Origin: Steroidobacter denitrificans
Lineage (GTDB): Bacteria > Pseudomonadota > Gammaproteobacteria > Steroidobacterales > Steroidobacteraceae
DNA length: 64,000 nucleotides
Assembly (NCBI GenBank): GCA_040395055.1
Contig: JBEBRC010000001.1
Coordinates: 4,542-68,541, forward strand
Direction of reading: 5' to 3'
In this document: positions 37,214 to 46,810 of the stretch, in pieces
Numbering within the stretch: position 1 is the stretch's first letter
How the letters are laid out: each line of letters starts with the position of its first letter
Notes under the pieces: model-generated
The model's database searches: none
What the model was told of the DNA's origin: nothing
What the model saw: the letters and a program-made list of their open reading frames with translations, nothing else
Position numbers and translations under genes: made by a program

Positions 37214-37593
37214 GGGCAGCTGTGCTGGTGGCACTGGGCGGAGCATTGGGCTCCGTCGCTCGCTACAAGCTATCAGGATGGATCATGCACCATACCGTTG
37301 CATGGCGATTTCCTGTCGGCACGTTCTGCGTCAATGTCATCGGCTGCCTGGCCGCCGGTGTGATCGCGGGCCTGGTCGCCAAACACGGCATGTTCTCGCC
37401 GCAGACCAGGGTGCTGCTGTTCACGGGGCTGCTCGGCGGCTTCACGACTTTCTCGGCCTTCGGCATGGAAACCTTGTATCTGTTCAAGCGCGGTGAGGTC
37501 CTCATCGCCGGATGCAACGTCATGCTCAGCATCGTCGCCGCCCTGGCCGCGCTATGGATCGGTTTCGAACTGGCGGCGTCCAGCGCCGGATGA
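37210..37593 (+). CDS. crcB: Fluoride ion channel CrcB/FluC
   Basis: GTG at 37210. ALGGALGSVARY..., FPVGTFCVNVIGC and FTGLLGGFTTFSAF signatures. 127 aa with four TM segments. Confidence 0.88.
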   Translation: MRAAVLVALGGALGSVARYKLSGWIMHHTVAWRFPVGTFCVNVIGCLAAGVIAGLVAKHGMFSPQTRVLLFTGLLGGFTTFSAFGMETLYLFKRGEVLIAGCNVMLSIVAALAALWIGFELAASSAG

Positions 37594-37610
37594 GGCCAAA
37601 CCAGCCCGAC

Positions 37611-40520
37611 TCAGCCCGGCTCGGATCCGGATTCGCGGGGCGCGGCATCCTGCCTCGATGGCGTCCCATACAGCACCGCTACCGGAAATTCCTGCAGCAG
37701 GTCGGCCGCACGCCATGCTGCCGTTGCGCCGCACATGCGCGCACGCACAGGCCTGTCGGTCAGCACATTCCTCATGGGCGCCTCGCATGCTGTATCGGCA
37801 AGCACGCGGGTGTCTCCCCAGACGCCTTGGGCGAGCGGCAATTCGTTCACGCCGTGCATCAGCTTGGCGCTCCAGCGCGGCACCACCACCATCAAGCAAC
37901 GCCCTGCGTGAGTTCGCGCGAAGGCGCAGGCGTGCGCCTGGGCCGCCCCGTCGATCCGCAGCGGCTGGTATCCACCCAGGGCGAACAAGTCGGGATCGCG
38001 GCGCCGTAGTTGCAGCAGCTTGCTCGTCAGGTGCAGCTTGGCGCTGGCGCCGTCCGCCTGCGCCAGCATTGCGGGCGACAGCCTTGCAAGCGGAGCGATC
38101 ACCGCAAGTCGCGCCGCGGCCGCGGCGAAATCCACCGGGTGCCGATTGTCCGGGTCCACCAGGGTCAAGGTCGGCAACTCCGTACCCTGGTACAGATCGG
38201 GCAGGCCCGGCGAGGTAAGCTTCAAGGCCACCTGCGCCAGCGAGTTGATGTTGCCGAAGAATGCCACCGTAGCGGCAAACGAAGCGAAGTCCCGCAGGAA
38301 TGCGTTGCGAGCCGGGCGGGCCAGCAATTGCGCCACGAACGCACACAATGCCGTTTCGTACTCCTCGTTCGGATCCAGCCATGAGGTACTGCGCTTCGCC
38401 TCGCGCGCCGCCTTGACTACGTAGGCCTGCAGGCGCTCGACAAACCGCGGCGGCAGCGGCTGCGACAGATCCTGGCCGGGTGGCCAGACGCCAAGGAGTG
38501 TCTGGTAAAAGAGGTACTCGTCCTCGCGGCTGGGCGCTGGTCCCTCGCCGCTGCGCCGGCGCCGGCTGCGATTCAGGCGTGCCCAGCGCGACAAGTGGCG
38601 CTGCCACAGATCGGGAAGCTCGCTCAGCACCGCGATGCGCGCCCGAACGTCCTCGCTGCGCTTGGAATCGTGGCTGCAAGTCGACAGCATCGAGTGCGGC
38701 CACAGGTCCGCGCGCTCGAGATTCGCCTGGTGCAACGCGCTCGAGGACACGCTGAATCGCCCAGGGTCGCTCCCGACTTCGTTCAGGCACGCCAGCCGGT
38801 TGAAACGATAGCACGCCGTATCCTCGAAGCCTTTCGCCATCACCGGCGCGCTCGTCTGCTGGAATTTCATCGTGAACTCCAGCATCGACCGCGCCACAGA
38901 AGGCGACTTCCCGTGCGCCGCCTCGCCCAGCAGTACGTCACGCAGAAAATCGAATGCACTCAACTCCGAGCCGGCACTGCGCCGCCGTGCGACGTTGATG
39001 GCCCAATGCACCATGCGCCTGTCTTCGTCGCTCACGCCGCGGCTGGAAATGTAGGTGCGGTACACCGGAAAGCAGGCAATGACTTCCCGGATCGCCTCAT
39101 GCATGGAAGCGCGCGTAAAATCGGCCGTGCGACGATCCATCTGCGCAATGCGGTCCAGCTGTGTCGCCAGCACCTCGATCTCCGCCGCCAGCGTCGCTCG
39201 CATCACCAATCGCTTGCTCTCATAGACGATCTGCTCGAAGGACGCACGGGTACCGGTGAACTGGCGATACCGACGAGTCATTGCCGTTTCGTTGTCGCCG
39301 CAAACCATCCAGGCAGTGCACAGGGCAGAGAACTCATAGCCGGTCGTGCCATTCACTCGCCAGTGCCGGGGCAATCGCTCATGCGACGCAAGGATCTTCT
39401 CGGTCGCGACGTACAGCGGCTTCGATGCCTGGCCCGAAGGCAACGGACGGCAATGGATCCGGTCGAAATACGATTGGGGATCGTATAGCCCGTCCGAATG
39501 ATCGATGCGCAGACCGTCGATACTCCCCTGGCGGATCAGATCGAAGATCAAGGCATGAGTACTGTCGAACACCTCCGGATCGTCCATGCGCAGTGCGGCC
39601 AGGTCGTTGACGTCGAAGAACCGCCGGTAGTTGATTTCATCCATGGCGACACGCCAATACGATAGTCGCCAAGCCTGCGCCTCCAGCAACACATCCAAGG
39701 CGTCGAAACTGGCGGGTTCGCCAGGCCGGCCGTTCATGCGCGCGATGCTGCGTTCGACATGCGACCGAATCTTCCGGCTGCGCTCCACCAGGCGCACCAG
39801 GCGCCGCTTATGGGATTCCTTGTCGCGATAGCGCATCGCGACGCTGGGTGCCGTATCGTCGCTGCGCGCCGGCAAATTCGCGAACGAATCGAGCAAGCTC
39901 TCGAAATCGGCCCGCTGCGGGTCGTCGGCCGCGAGCACCTCATCCGCCATCGGCTGCACGAAAATTCGCGGGTATTCCCGCGGATCGATCGGCATACGAT
40001 GGTCCCCATAGCAGACCGAGAAGCTGCCGGCTTCGGCATCGAACACCAGCCGCAAGTCCCCACGCTCGAGCGCTACGCCGTAGGGATCCGCAAGCACGGG
40101 TACCAGGACCCGGCCGTGCAGCGAGGCGCGGTTGGGATACCAGTCGATGTCGAAGTACGAGCCATAGCGCGCAGCGGGACCGTTCTCCAGCAAATCCAAC
40201 CACCACGGGTTGTCGTTTCCCATCACCCCGACGTGATTGGGCACGACATCCACGATCAGTCCCATCGCGTTCCCGTGCAGGACCTCGACCAGGCGATCGA
40301 AGTCCTCGCGCGAGCCCAGCTCCGGATTCAATTGCGTGTAATCGGTGACGTCGTATCCGTGATGGCTGCCTGGGCGCGCTTTCAGGATCGGAGAGGAATA
40401 CACATGGCTGACTCCCAGGCGCGCCAGGTACGGGACGATGCGGCTGGCGTTATCGAAGGTAAACTCACGATTGAACTGCAGGCGATACGTTGCTGTGGGA
40501 ATGCGTGGTGGCGAGGGCAT
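37611..40520 (-). CDS. treY: Malto-oligosyltrehalose synthase
   Basis: N-terminus ATYRLQFNREFTFDNASRIVPYLARLGVSHVYSSPILKARPGSHHGYDVTDY, with DGLRIDHSDGL. Size typical of TreY. Confidence 0.9.
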   Translation of the reverse strand: MPSPPRIPTATYRLQFNREFTFDNASRIVPYLARLGVSHVYSSPILKARPGSHHGYDVTDYTQLNPELGSREDFDRLVEVLHGNAMGLIVDVVPNHVGVMGNDNPWWLDLLENGPAARYGSYFDIDWYPNRASLHGRVLVPVLADPYGVALERGDLRLVFDAEAGSFSVCYGDHRMPIDPREYPRIFVQPMADEVLAADDPQRADFESLLDSFANLPARSDDTAPSVAMRYRDKESHKRRLVRLVERSRKIRSHVERSIARMNGRPGEPASFDALDVLLEAQAWRLSYWRVAMDEINYRRFFDVNDLAALRMDDPEVFDSTHALIFDLIRQGSIDGLRIDHSDGLYDPQSYFDRIHCRPLPSGQASKPLYVATEKILASHERLPRHWRVNGTTGYEFSALCTAWMVCGDNETAMTRRYRQFTGTRASFEQIVYESKRLVMRATLAAEIEVLATQLDRIAQMDRRTADFTRASMHEAIREVIACFPVYRTYISSRGVSDEDRRMVHWAINVARRRSAGSELSAFDFLRDVLLGEAAHGKSPSVARSMLEFTMKFQQTSAPVMAKGFEDTACYRFNRLACLNEVGSDPGRFSVSSSALHQANLERADLWPHSMLSTCSHDSKRSEDVRARIAVLSELPDLWQRHLSRWARLNRSRRRRSGEGPAPSREDEYLFYQTLLGVWPPGQDLSQPLPPRFVERLQAYVVKAAREAKRSTSWLDPNEEYETALCAFVAQLLARPARNAFLRDFASFAATVAFFGNINSLAQVALKLTSPGLPDLYQGTELPTLTLVDPDNRHPVDFAAAAARLAVIAPLARLSPAMLAQADGASAKLHLTSKLLQLRRRDPDLFALGGYQPLRIDGAAQAHACAFARTHAGRCLMVVVPRWSAKLMHGVNELPLAQGVWGDTRVLADTACEAPMRNVLTDRPVRARMCGATAAWRAADLLQEFPVAVLYGTPSRQDAAPRESGSEPG

Positions 40521-40529
40521 GGCGCGGCA

Positions 40530-42689
40530 TCAAGAGTCGACATCCCGCGGCAACGGGAACTCGAATACCGTCAATGACCGGCCTTGCTGCAGGTACGCTT
40601 CGCCCGGCAGCCATTCTCGATCCTCGATCTCGAAGCCGGCGGCATTGGCGGTATCCAGGCGCAGCACCCAATGCGCCGCCTGCGGCTGTGCGGGGAAGCG
40701 GAATTCGACGGCCTCGTAGTGGGCGTTGACGAACAGGATGAAGTCGCTGTCGACCACGATCCGCCCACGCTCATCCTGCTCCGCCAATCCGCGACCGGAC
40801 AGCATGATCGCCAGGCTGCGGGCAAAGCTTTGCTGCCACTGCCGGTCCGACATTTCCGTGCCGGCCGGATCCAGCCATACGATATCCCGTACGCTACTGC
40901 CGCGGATCTCTCGGTTCTGGAAAAAGCTGCGCCGAGTGAATACCCGATGCGCACCTCGCAGGCGGATGAGGGATCGAGTAAAGACCAGCAATTCCTGGTC
41001 TTCCTTGTCGAGCTGCCAATCCATCCACGTCAACTCGTTGTCCTGGCAGTACCCGTTGTTGTTGCCGAGCTGCGTGCGGCCGCATTCGTCGCCGGCCAGC
41101 AGCATCGGCACGCCCTGCGAAAGGAACAAGGTCGTCAGCAGGTTTCGCGCCTGGCGGGCACGCAGGGTTCGAACCTGCGGATCGTCGGTCGGACCCTCGA
41201 CACCGCAGTTCCAGCTGCGATTGTTGTTCTCTCCGTCATGGTTGTCATCGAGATTTGCCTCGTTGTGCTTCTGGTCGTAGCTGACCAGATCACGCAACGT
41301 GAAGCCGTCGTGCGCGGTAACGAAATTGACGCTGGCATAAGGCCTGCGACCGCTCGTCTCATACAAGTCACTCGAACCGGAGACGCGATAGGCCAGCTCG
41401 CCGAGCTTTCCACCCTCGCCTTTCCAATATTCGCGCACCGCATCGCGGTACTTTCCGTTCCACTCGGTCCAGCCGACTGGGAAACGCCCCACCTGATAGC
41501 CGCCGTCGCCCAGGTCCCAGGGCTCCGCGATCAGCTTTACCTGGGAGATCAGTGGATCCTGATGAATGATGTCAAAGAACGCACCGAGCCGATCGACTTC
41601 GTGTAATTCGCGCGCCAGGGCTGCAGCCAGATCGAACCTGAAGCCATCGACATGCATTTCGTCTATCCAATAGCGCAGGCTGTCCATGATGAGCTGCAGC
41701 ACGCCAGGTTGCAGCATGTTCAGCGTGTTGCCGCAACCCGTGTAGTCCATGTAGTAGCGCGGATCATCCGGCATGAGCCGATAGTACGACGCGTTGTCGA
41801 TACCACGGAAAGATAGTGTCGGCCCAAAGTGATTGCCCTCGGCCGTATGGTTGTAGACCACGTCCAGGATCACCTCTATGCCTGCCGAATGCAGGGTCTT
41901 CACCATCGTCTTGAACTCCCGCTCCGGCTGGTCCATTGCGGCGTAGTCCTGGTGAGGCGCGAAGTACCCAATGGAGTTGTAACCCCAGTAGTTGCGCAGC
42001 CCCTTCTCGACCAGATGCCGGTCATTGATGAAGAAATGTACCGGCATCAATTCGACCGCGGTGACACCGAGCCGAGTGAGATAATCGATCACCGGCGCAG
42101 TGGCCAACGCCGCGTACTTGCCACGGTACTGTGGCGGGATCTGGGGATGCAGTTGAGTCAAGCCCCGAACATGCATCTCATAGATGATCGTGTCGTGCCA
42201 GGGCGTACGAGGGTGACGGTCGTCGCCCCAACTGAACGCCGGGTCGATCACCTGGCATTTGGGCACGCCCAGCGCGTTATTGCGTCGATCGAAAGAGAGG
42301 TCGCCATGTGGGCTGCCGATCCGATAGCCGAAATGCGCATCGCTCCAGGCCAGCGGCCCGACCAGCGCCTTGGCATAGGGATCGATCAGCAATTTGTTGC
42401 TGTTGAACCGGTGCCCATCCTGAGGCCGATAGGGCCCGTACACCCGATAGCCGTACAACTGCCCCGGTCGTGCCTCCGGCAGATAGCCGTGCCAGACCTG
42501 GTCGGTCTTCTCGCGCAGCGAGATGCGCTGCAATTCGCGCCGTCCGCGGTGGTCGAACAGACACAACTCCACCGCTTGCGCGTGCTCGGAGAACAGGGCG
42601 AAGTTGACGCCCTGGCCGTCCCAGGTCGCACCTTGGGGATAGGAGCGCCCCGGCCAGACGGTGAAGTTCAGGCCTTTTGCCACGCCCAT
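40530..42689 (-). CDS. glgX: Glycogen debranching enzyme
   Basis: PQGATWDGQGVNFALFSEHA, VILDVVYNHTAEG, DGFRFDLA, AEPWD and FVTAHDGFTL motifs. 719 aa. Confidence 0.92.
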   Translation of the reverse strand: MGVAKGLNFTVWPGRSYPQGATWDGQGVNFALFSEHAQAVELCLFDHRGRRELQRISLREKTDQVWHGYLPEARPGQLYGYRVYGPYRPQDGHRFNSNKLLIDPYAKALVGPLAWSDAHFGYRIGSPHGDLSFDRRNNALGVPKCQVIDPAFSWGDDRHPRTPWHDTIIYEMHVRGLTQLHPQIPPQYRGKYAALATAPVIDYLTRLGVTAVELMPVHFFINDRHLVEKGLRNYWGYNSIGYFAPHQDYAAMDQPEREFKTMVKTLHSAGIEVILDVVYNHTAEGNHFGPTLSFRGIDNASYYRLMPDDPRYYMDYTGCGNTLNMLQPGVLQLIMDSLRYWIDEMHVDGFRFDLAAALARELHEVDRLGAFFDIIHQDPLISQVKLIAEPWDLGDGGYQVGRFPVGWTEWNGKYRDAVREYWKGEGGKLGELAYRVSGSSDLYETSGRRPYASVNFVTAHDGFTLRDLVSYDQKHNEANLDDNHDGENNNRSWNCGVEGPTDDPQVRTLRARQARNLLTTLFLSQGVPMLLAGDECGRTQLGNNNGYCQDNELTWMDWQLDKEDQELLVFTRSLIRLRGAHRVFTRRSFFQNREIRGSSVRDIVWLDPAGTEMSDRQWQQSFARSLAIMLSGRGLAEQDERGRIVVDSDFILFVNAHYEAVEFRFPAQPQAAHWVLRLDTANAAGFEIEDREWLPGEAYLQQGRSLTVFEFPLPRDVDS

Positions 42690-42914
42690 CCCGCACGACC
42701 ACGACAGCTCGTCAGCACACGACGGCGGTGCAGGGATAGGGGGCCGCTGCCCCGCATGCGTACATCGCCAGCCGCCTCGCGGCGCCGGTGGTACGCGGGC
42801 GGCAGTCTTATCGAGCGATTCTGGCCCGGCATTTTACATATGGTCCGCATGGCGCTGGATCGATACCTCGACGGCGTGGACGATCAACCCTCAAGAACAG
42901 GCTGCGGTTCCTTT

Positions 42915-42940
42915 GGAACCGGAACTGTGTGGTGCGCGTA
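42915..42940 (+). promoter_or_regulatory. Candidate ECF-sigma-type promoter GGAAC-N17-CGTA upstream of opgG-opgH-treZ
   Basis: GGAAC at 42915-42919 and CGTA at 42937-42940, about 110 nt upstream of the ATG at 43053. Pattern match only. Confidence 0.3.
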
Positions 42941-43052
42941 GTCCCAGTACTTACATCTATCCGCGCAACGCCACGTGGCAATCCAGCTCGCCACCAGGCA
43001 ACCCCCGTTTGATTCTTCTTGTTTCTACAGTCAGGACGTGATCGGCTTTCGG

Positions 43053-44678
43053 ATGACTTCAATTCAATATTTACAGGAACGCGCCTCTGGCGCCGGAACG
43101 ATGGCGGGGTCCGCCGGACGGGATAAGGTGTTGCAGCGCAAAGGACTGCGACGCTATTGGCTGCTATTGCTTACCGCGACTGTCAGCTGTGTCGCCGCCG
43201 CGGCGGCGGTGCGTGAGAATTCCGATTCCCGCACGGCCTCGCAGCAGCGCTTCGGCGCGGACACGGTGATCGAAGCCGCGCGACGGGCGGCGGCGACGCC
43301 ATTTTCGCCGCGAAAGCTCGACGGCAGCGCAGCGTTGCAACAGCTCAGCTACGATCAGTATCGTGATATCCGCTTCAACGCCGATGCGGGTATCTGGCGC
43401 AACGAGCAGGTGCCGTTTCGCGTCGAGCTGCTGCCCGCGGGTTTCTTGTTCCAGTCCCCGGTGAAAGTGTCCATCGTCGAAAGCGGCCTGGCGCGCGAAC
43501 TCACCGGCGAGGCAAGCATGTTCACACTCGGCCCCCACGTCGAGAAGCAGCTGGCCGACCAGGATCTGCCCTTGTCGGGATTTCGAGTGCGCACCCGATT
43601 GAACTCGCGCTCTGTCTGGGACGAGTTCCTGGTATTCCAGGGTGCCTCCTATTTTCGAGCAGTGGGACGCGGTGGCGCCTACGGGCTATCGGCACGTGGC
43701 CTGGCCATCCATACCGCCCAGGCCACCGGCGAAGAGTTTCCCTTGTTCACGCAGTTCTGGGTCGAACGGCCGTCGACCAATGCATCCGGTATCGTCGTGC
43801 ATGCACTGCTGGACAGCCCTTCCACGACCGGCGCCTATCGCTTTTCCATCATTCCGGGCGCCGAAACACTGGTCGACGTCGACCTGACCCTGTTTCCGCG
43901 GGTGCCGCTGGAAAATATCGGCATCGCACCGCTGACATCCATGTTCCTGTACGACGAGTCCGAACGAGCCCGGATCGACGACTTCCGCGACGAAGTCCAC
44001 GATTCCGACGGCTTGCAGGTCGTCCTCGCATCGGGCGAACGCATCTGGCGGCCGCTGCGCAATCCGACGCAGCTGCAAGTATCGAGCTTCACCTCCGAAG
44101 CGCCGCGTGGCTTCGGGCTGATCCAGCGCTCACGCCGCGCCTCCGACTACCAGGATTTCGAGGCGAAATACGAGTTGCGGCCCAGCGCCTGGATCCAGCC
44201 GACGAGCGACTGGGGCGAGGGCCGGGTCGAGCTCATCGAAATTCCCACCAACAATGAAACCAACGACAACATCGTCGCGTTCTGGACCCCGAAGCAGGTC
44301 TTGCCCGCCGGCCAGCCATGGCATGTCTCCTATCGCATTCGTTGGGGCCCGCACCCCAATCTGCGCCCTTCCCTGGCCAAGGTGAGCTCGACCCGTACCG
44401 GCCCGAGCTTCGACGGCAAGCGCCGTATCTTCATCGTCGACTTCACGGGTACCGGCCGAACGATGGAGGACCTGAAGCTGGACGTCGGCTCGTCCGCCGG
44501 AAAGCTCTCCAATCTGGTACTGCAGTCGAATCCATTGACCAAGAGTGTGCGCGCCAGCTTCGAGTTGGATCCGGCCGATGCCGACGTCGCCGAACTGCGG
44601 CTGCGCCTGATGCGCGGCGCACCCAGCGGCGATCGGCCCGTGAGTGAAACCTGGCTCTATCGATGGACGGCCAGCTGA
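43053..44678 (+). CDS. opgG: Periplasmic glucan biosynthesis protein (OpgG/OpgD family)
   Basis: MdoG-family motifs (YDQYRDIRFN, FRVELLPAGFLF, YFRAVGRGGAYGLSARGLAI, FPLFTQFWVERP, NIVAFW). The start could be 43101. Confidence 0.88.
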   Translation: MTSIQYLQERASGAGTMAGSAGRDKVLQRKGLRRYWLLLLTATVSCVAAAAAVRENSDSRTASQQRFGADTVIEAARRAAATPFSPRKLDGSAALQQLSYDQYRDIRFNADAGIWRNEQVPFRVELLPAGFLFQSPVKVSIVESGLARELTGEASMFTLGPHVEKQLADQDLPLSGFRVRTRLNSRSVWDEFLVFQGASYFRAVGRGGAYGLSARGLAIHTAQATGEEFPLFTQFWVERPSTNASGIVVHALLDSPSTTGAYRFSIIPGAETLVDVDLTLFPRVPLENIGIAPLTSMFLYDESERARIDDFRDEVHDSDGLQVVLASGERIWRPLRNPTQLQVSSFTSEAPRGFGLIQRSRRASDYQDFEAKYELRPSAWIQPTSDWGEGRVELIEIPTNNETNDNIVAFWTPKQVLPAGQPWHVSYRIRWGPHPNLRPSLAKVSSTRTGPSFDGKRRIFIVDFTGTGRTMEDLKLDVGSSAGKLSNLVLQSNPLTKSVRASFELDPADADVAELRLRLMRGAPSGDRPVSETWLYRWTAS

Positions 44679-46789
44679 GGTCCAGCATGCCCCCCGCGCA
44701 GCGTGACGTCGTCCGCGGCGGCATGCCCTTCGAGCGGCCGCTCGCCATGCCGACGCAGGATCTGCGCACCGCGAACCTGCGTCCGAATCTCGGACTGGTG
44801 CCGGCGCGAGTGCTCCTGGCGCGCGCCATCACGCTTCTGGGAATGAGCGCGATAACGGCCTATGGCGTGTATGAAATGCTGGTCATCGTCGGTTTCTCCA
44901 GCATGACCGTGCTGCAGGGTGTGATGATTTTCTTTTTTGTCATCACCCTTGCCTGGATCGCCTTCGCCTGCGCCTCCGCCATCACCGGATTCCTGATTCC
45001 TCCGCCGCGGCGCAGGCAGGACTCCTCCCCAGCCGGGACGCTCACCGCGCTGCTGATGCCGGTCTATAACGAGGACCCCGCGCGCACCACGACGGCGCTG
45101 TGCGCGATGGCCGAAGCGCTTGCCGCAAACGACGCCGCATCGCATTTCGAGATCGTGATCATTTCCGACTCCACCGAGGTCGATGCATGGATCGGCGAAT
45201 CGCTCGCCGTGGATCGGCTGCGACGCAGGCTGCGTGACGTCATGCCGGTCTGGTACCGTCGTCGCTGGCGCAATACGGGCCGCAAGGCGGGCAATGTCGA
45301 GGAGTTCGTCAAACGCTGGGGCGGACGCTACCAGTACATGATCGTGCTCGATGCCGACAGCCTGATGGCCGCCGAGACGCTGCTCGAGCTCGTGCGCAGG
45401 ATGCAGCTCGACACTCGGCTCGGCATACTGCAGACCGTGCCCATGCTGATCGGGCATTCCAGCCTGTTCGCGCGCATCCAGCAATTCTCCGGCAGGGTCT
45501 ACGGCTGCCTCATCGCACGCGGCATGGCCGCCTGGTCCGGCAACGAAGGCAACTATTGGGGACACAATGCCATCATTCGTGTCAGCGCCTTCGCCGAGGC
45601 CTGCGGCCTGCCGCAGTTGCCGGGGCGCAGCCCCTTTGGCGGCCACATCCTGTCGCACGACTTCGTCGAGGCCGCGTTGATGCGGCGCGCCGGCTGGAAG
45701 GTATGCATGGCGCCCGATCTGGATGGCTCCTGGGAGGAGAGCCCACCCTCGCTGACGGACATCGCGGTGCGCGATCGACGCTGGGCGCAAGGCAACCTGC
45801 AACATAGCAAGGTCATCGGCACCAAGGGGCTCGCGCTCACCAACCGCGCGCATTTCCTGGTCGGCATCATGAGTTACCTGTCTTCTCCGCTGTGGCTGAT
45901 GCTCCTGCTGGTCGGTTTCGCCTTGACACTGCAGGCGACATTGATCCGCCCGGAATACTTCAGTCGCGCGTTCCAGCTGTTTCCGGACTGGCCGCGCTTC
46001 GATGCGGTGCGCATGACGCATCTGTTCATTTTCACGATGATCGTGCTGTTCACTCCCAAACTCCTGGGATGGCTGCACGCCCTGTTCACCTCCCGTATCC
46101 GCAAAGGCTGCGGCGGTTTCATCAACGTGACGCTGAGCGTGGTGCTGGAAACCGTTCTGTCCGCTTTGTACGCGCCGATCATGATGCTGGTTCAAACCCA
46201 GCATGTGATCGAAATTCTTACCGGTCGCGACTCGGGTTGGAAGTCGCAGCGCCGCCATGCGTCCATGACCGCCTGGACGGAGGCGTGGAGCGTGCATTGG
46301 CCGCACTTATGCATGGGAATCCTGATCGGCGCGGTTGCGTTCTTGATTTCGCCCACCCTGCTCGCATGGCTCTCTCCGACTCTGCTTGGGTTGTTGATTT
46401 CGGTGCCGCTGTCCAAGGTCAGCGGCAGTGTGCAGGCCGGGCAGGCGCTGGCATGGCTGGGTATGTTGCGTACGCCGGAGGAAGGCAACGCACCACCGAT
46501 CATCAGGCATCGCAATGAACTGCTGCAGCAGGCACTGCCGATGCCGAAGGATGGCTTGCGCCACATTGCCCGCGACCGCCAGGCCCGCATGGCCCACATC
46601 AGCGGCAATCTGCCCCCACCCGCCGAGCCGCGCGGTTACCCGGATGCGTATCGACTGACCGCACAGCGCAAGGTACTGGATGCAGCGACGCTCGATGAAG
46701 CACTTTCCTGGCTGGGCCCGCTCGAGAGCATTCATGTTGCCGGTGACCCGTGCTTGCTCGAGCATCTGGCGGCACTGCCGGATCGGTGA
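44663..46789 (+). CDS. opgH: Glucans biosynthesis glucosyltransferase H
   Basis: LMPVYNEDPARTT, IVLDADSLM, GHNAIIRVSAF, LSHDFVEAALMRRAGW and RDRRWAQGNLQH motifs, plus multiple TM segments. Overlaps opgG by 16 nt. Confidence 0.9.
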   Translation: MDGQLRSSMPPAQRDVVRGGMPFERPLAMPTQDLRTANLRPNLGLVPARVLLARAITLLGMSAITAYGVYEMLVIVGFSSMTVLQGVMIFFFVITLAWIAFACASAITGFLIPPPRRRQDSSPAGTLTALLMPVYNEDPARTTTALCAMAEALAANDAASHFEIVIISDSTEVDAWIGESLAVDRLRRRLRDVMPVWYRRRWRNTGRKAGNVEEFVKRWGGRYQYMIVLDADSLMAAETLLELVRRMQLDTRLGILQTVPMLIGHSSLFARIQQFSGRVYGCLIARGMAAWSGNEGNYWGHNAIIRVSAFAEACGLPQLPGRSPFGGHILSHDFVEAALMRRAGWKVCMAPDLDGSWEESPPSLTDIAVRDRRWAQGNLQHSKVIGTKGLALTNRAHFLVGIMSYLSSPLWLMLLLVGFALTLQATLIRPEYFSRAFQLFPDWPRFDAVRMTHLFIFTMIVLFTPKLLGWLHALFTSRIRKGCGGFINVTLSVVLETVLSALYAPIMMLVQTQHVIEILTGRDSGWKSQRRHASMTAWTEAWSVHWPHLCMGILIGAVAFLISPTLLAWLSPTLLGLLISVPLSKVSGSVQAGQALAWLGMLRTPEEGNAPPIIRHRNELLQQALPMPKDGLRHIARDRQARMAHISGNLPPPAEPRGYPDAYRLTAQRKVLDAATLDEALSWLGPLESIHVAGDPCLLEHLAALPDR

Positions 46790-46810
46790 TAACTGCGCGT
46801 GGAACCCAGC

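Noticed and set aside
41161-41180. A GGTTCGAACC-containing near-palindrome resembling a tRNA T-arm.
   Set aside because: It lies inside the well-supported glgX coding frame and has no surrounding cloverleaf (no acceptor stem or anticodon arm). I found no tRNA or rRNA genes anywhere in the window.
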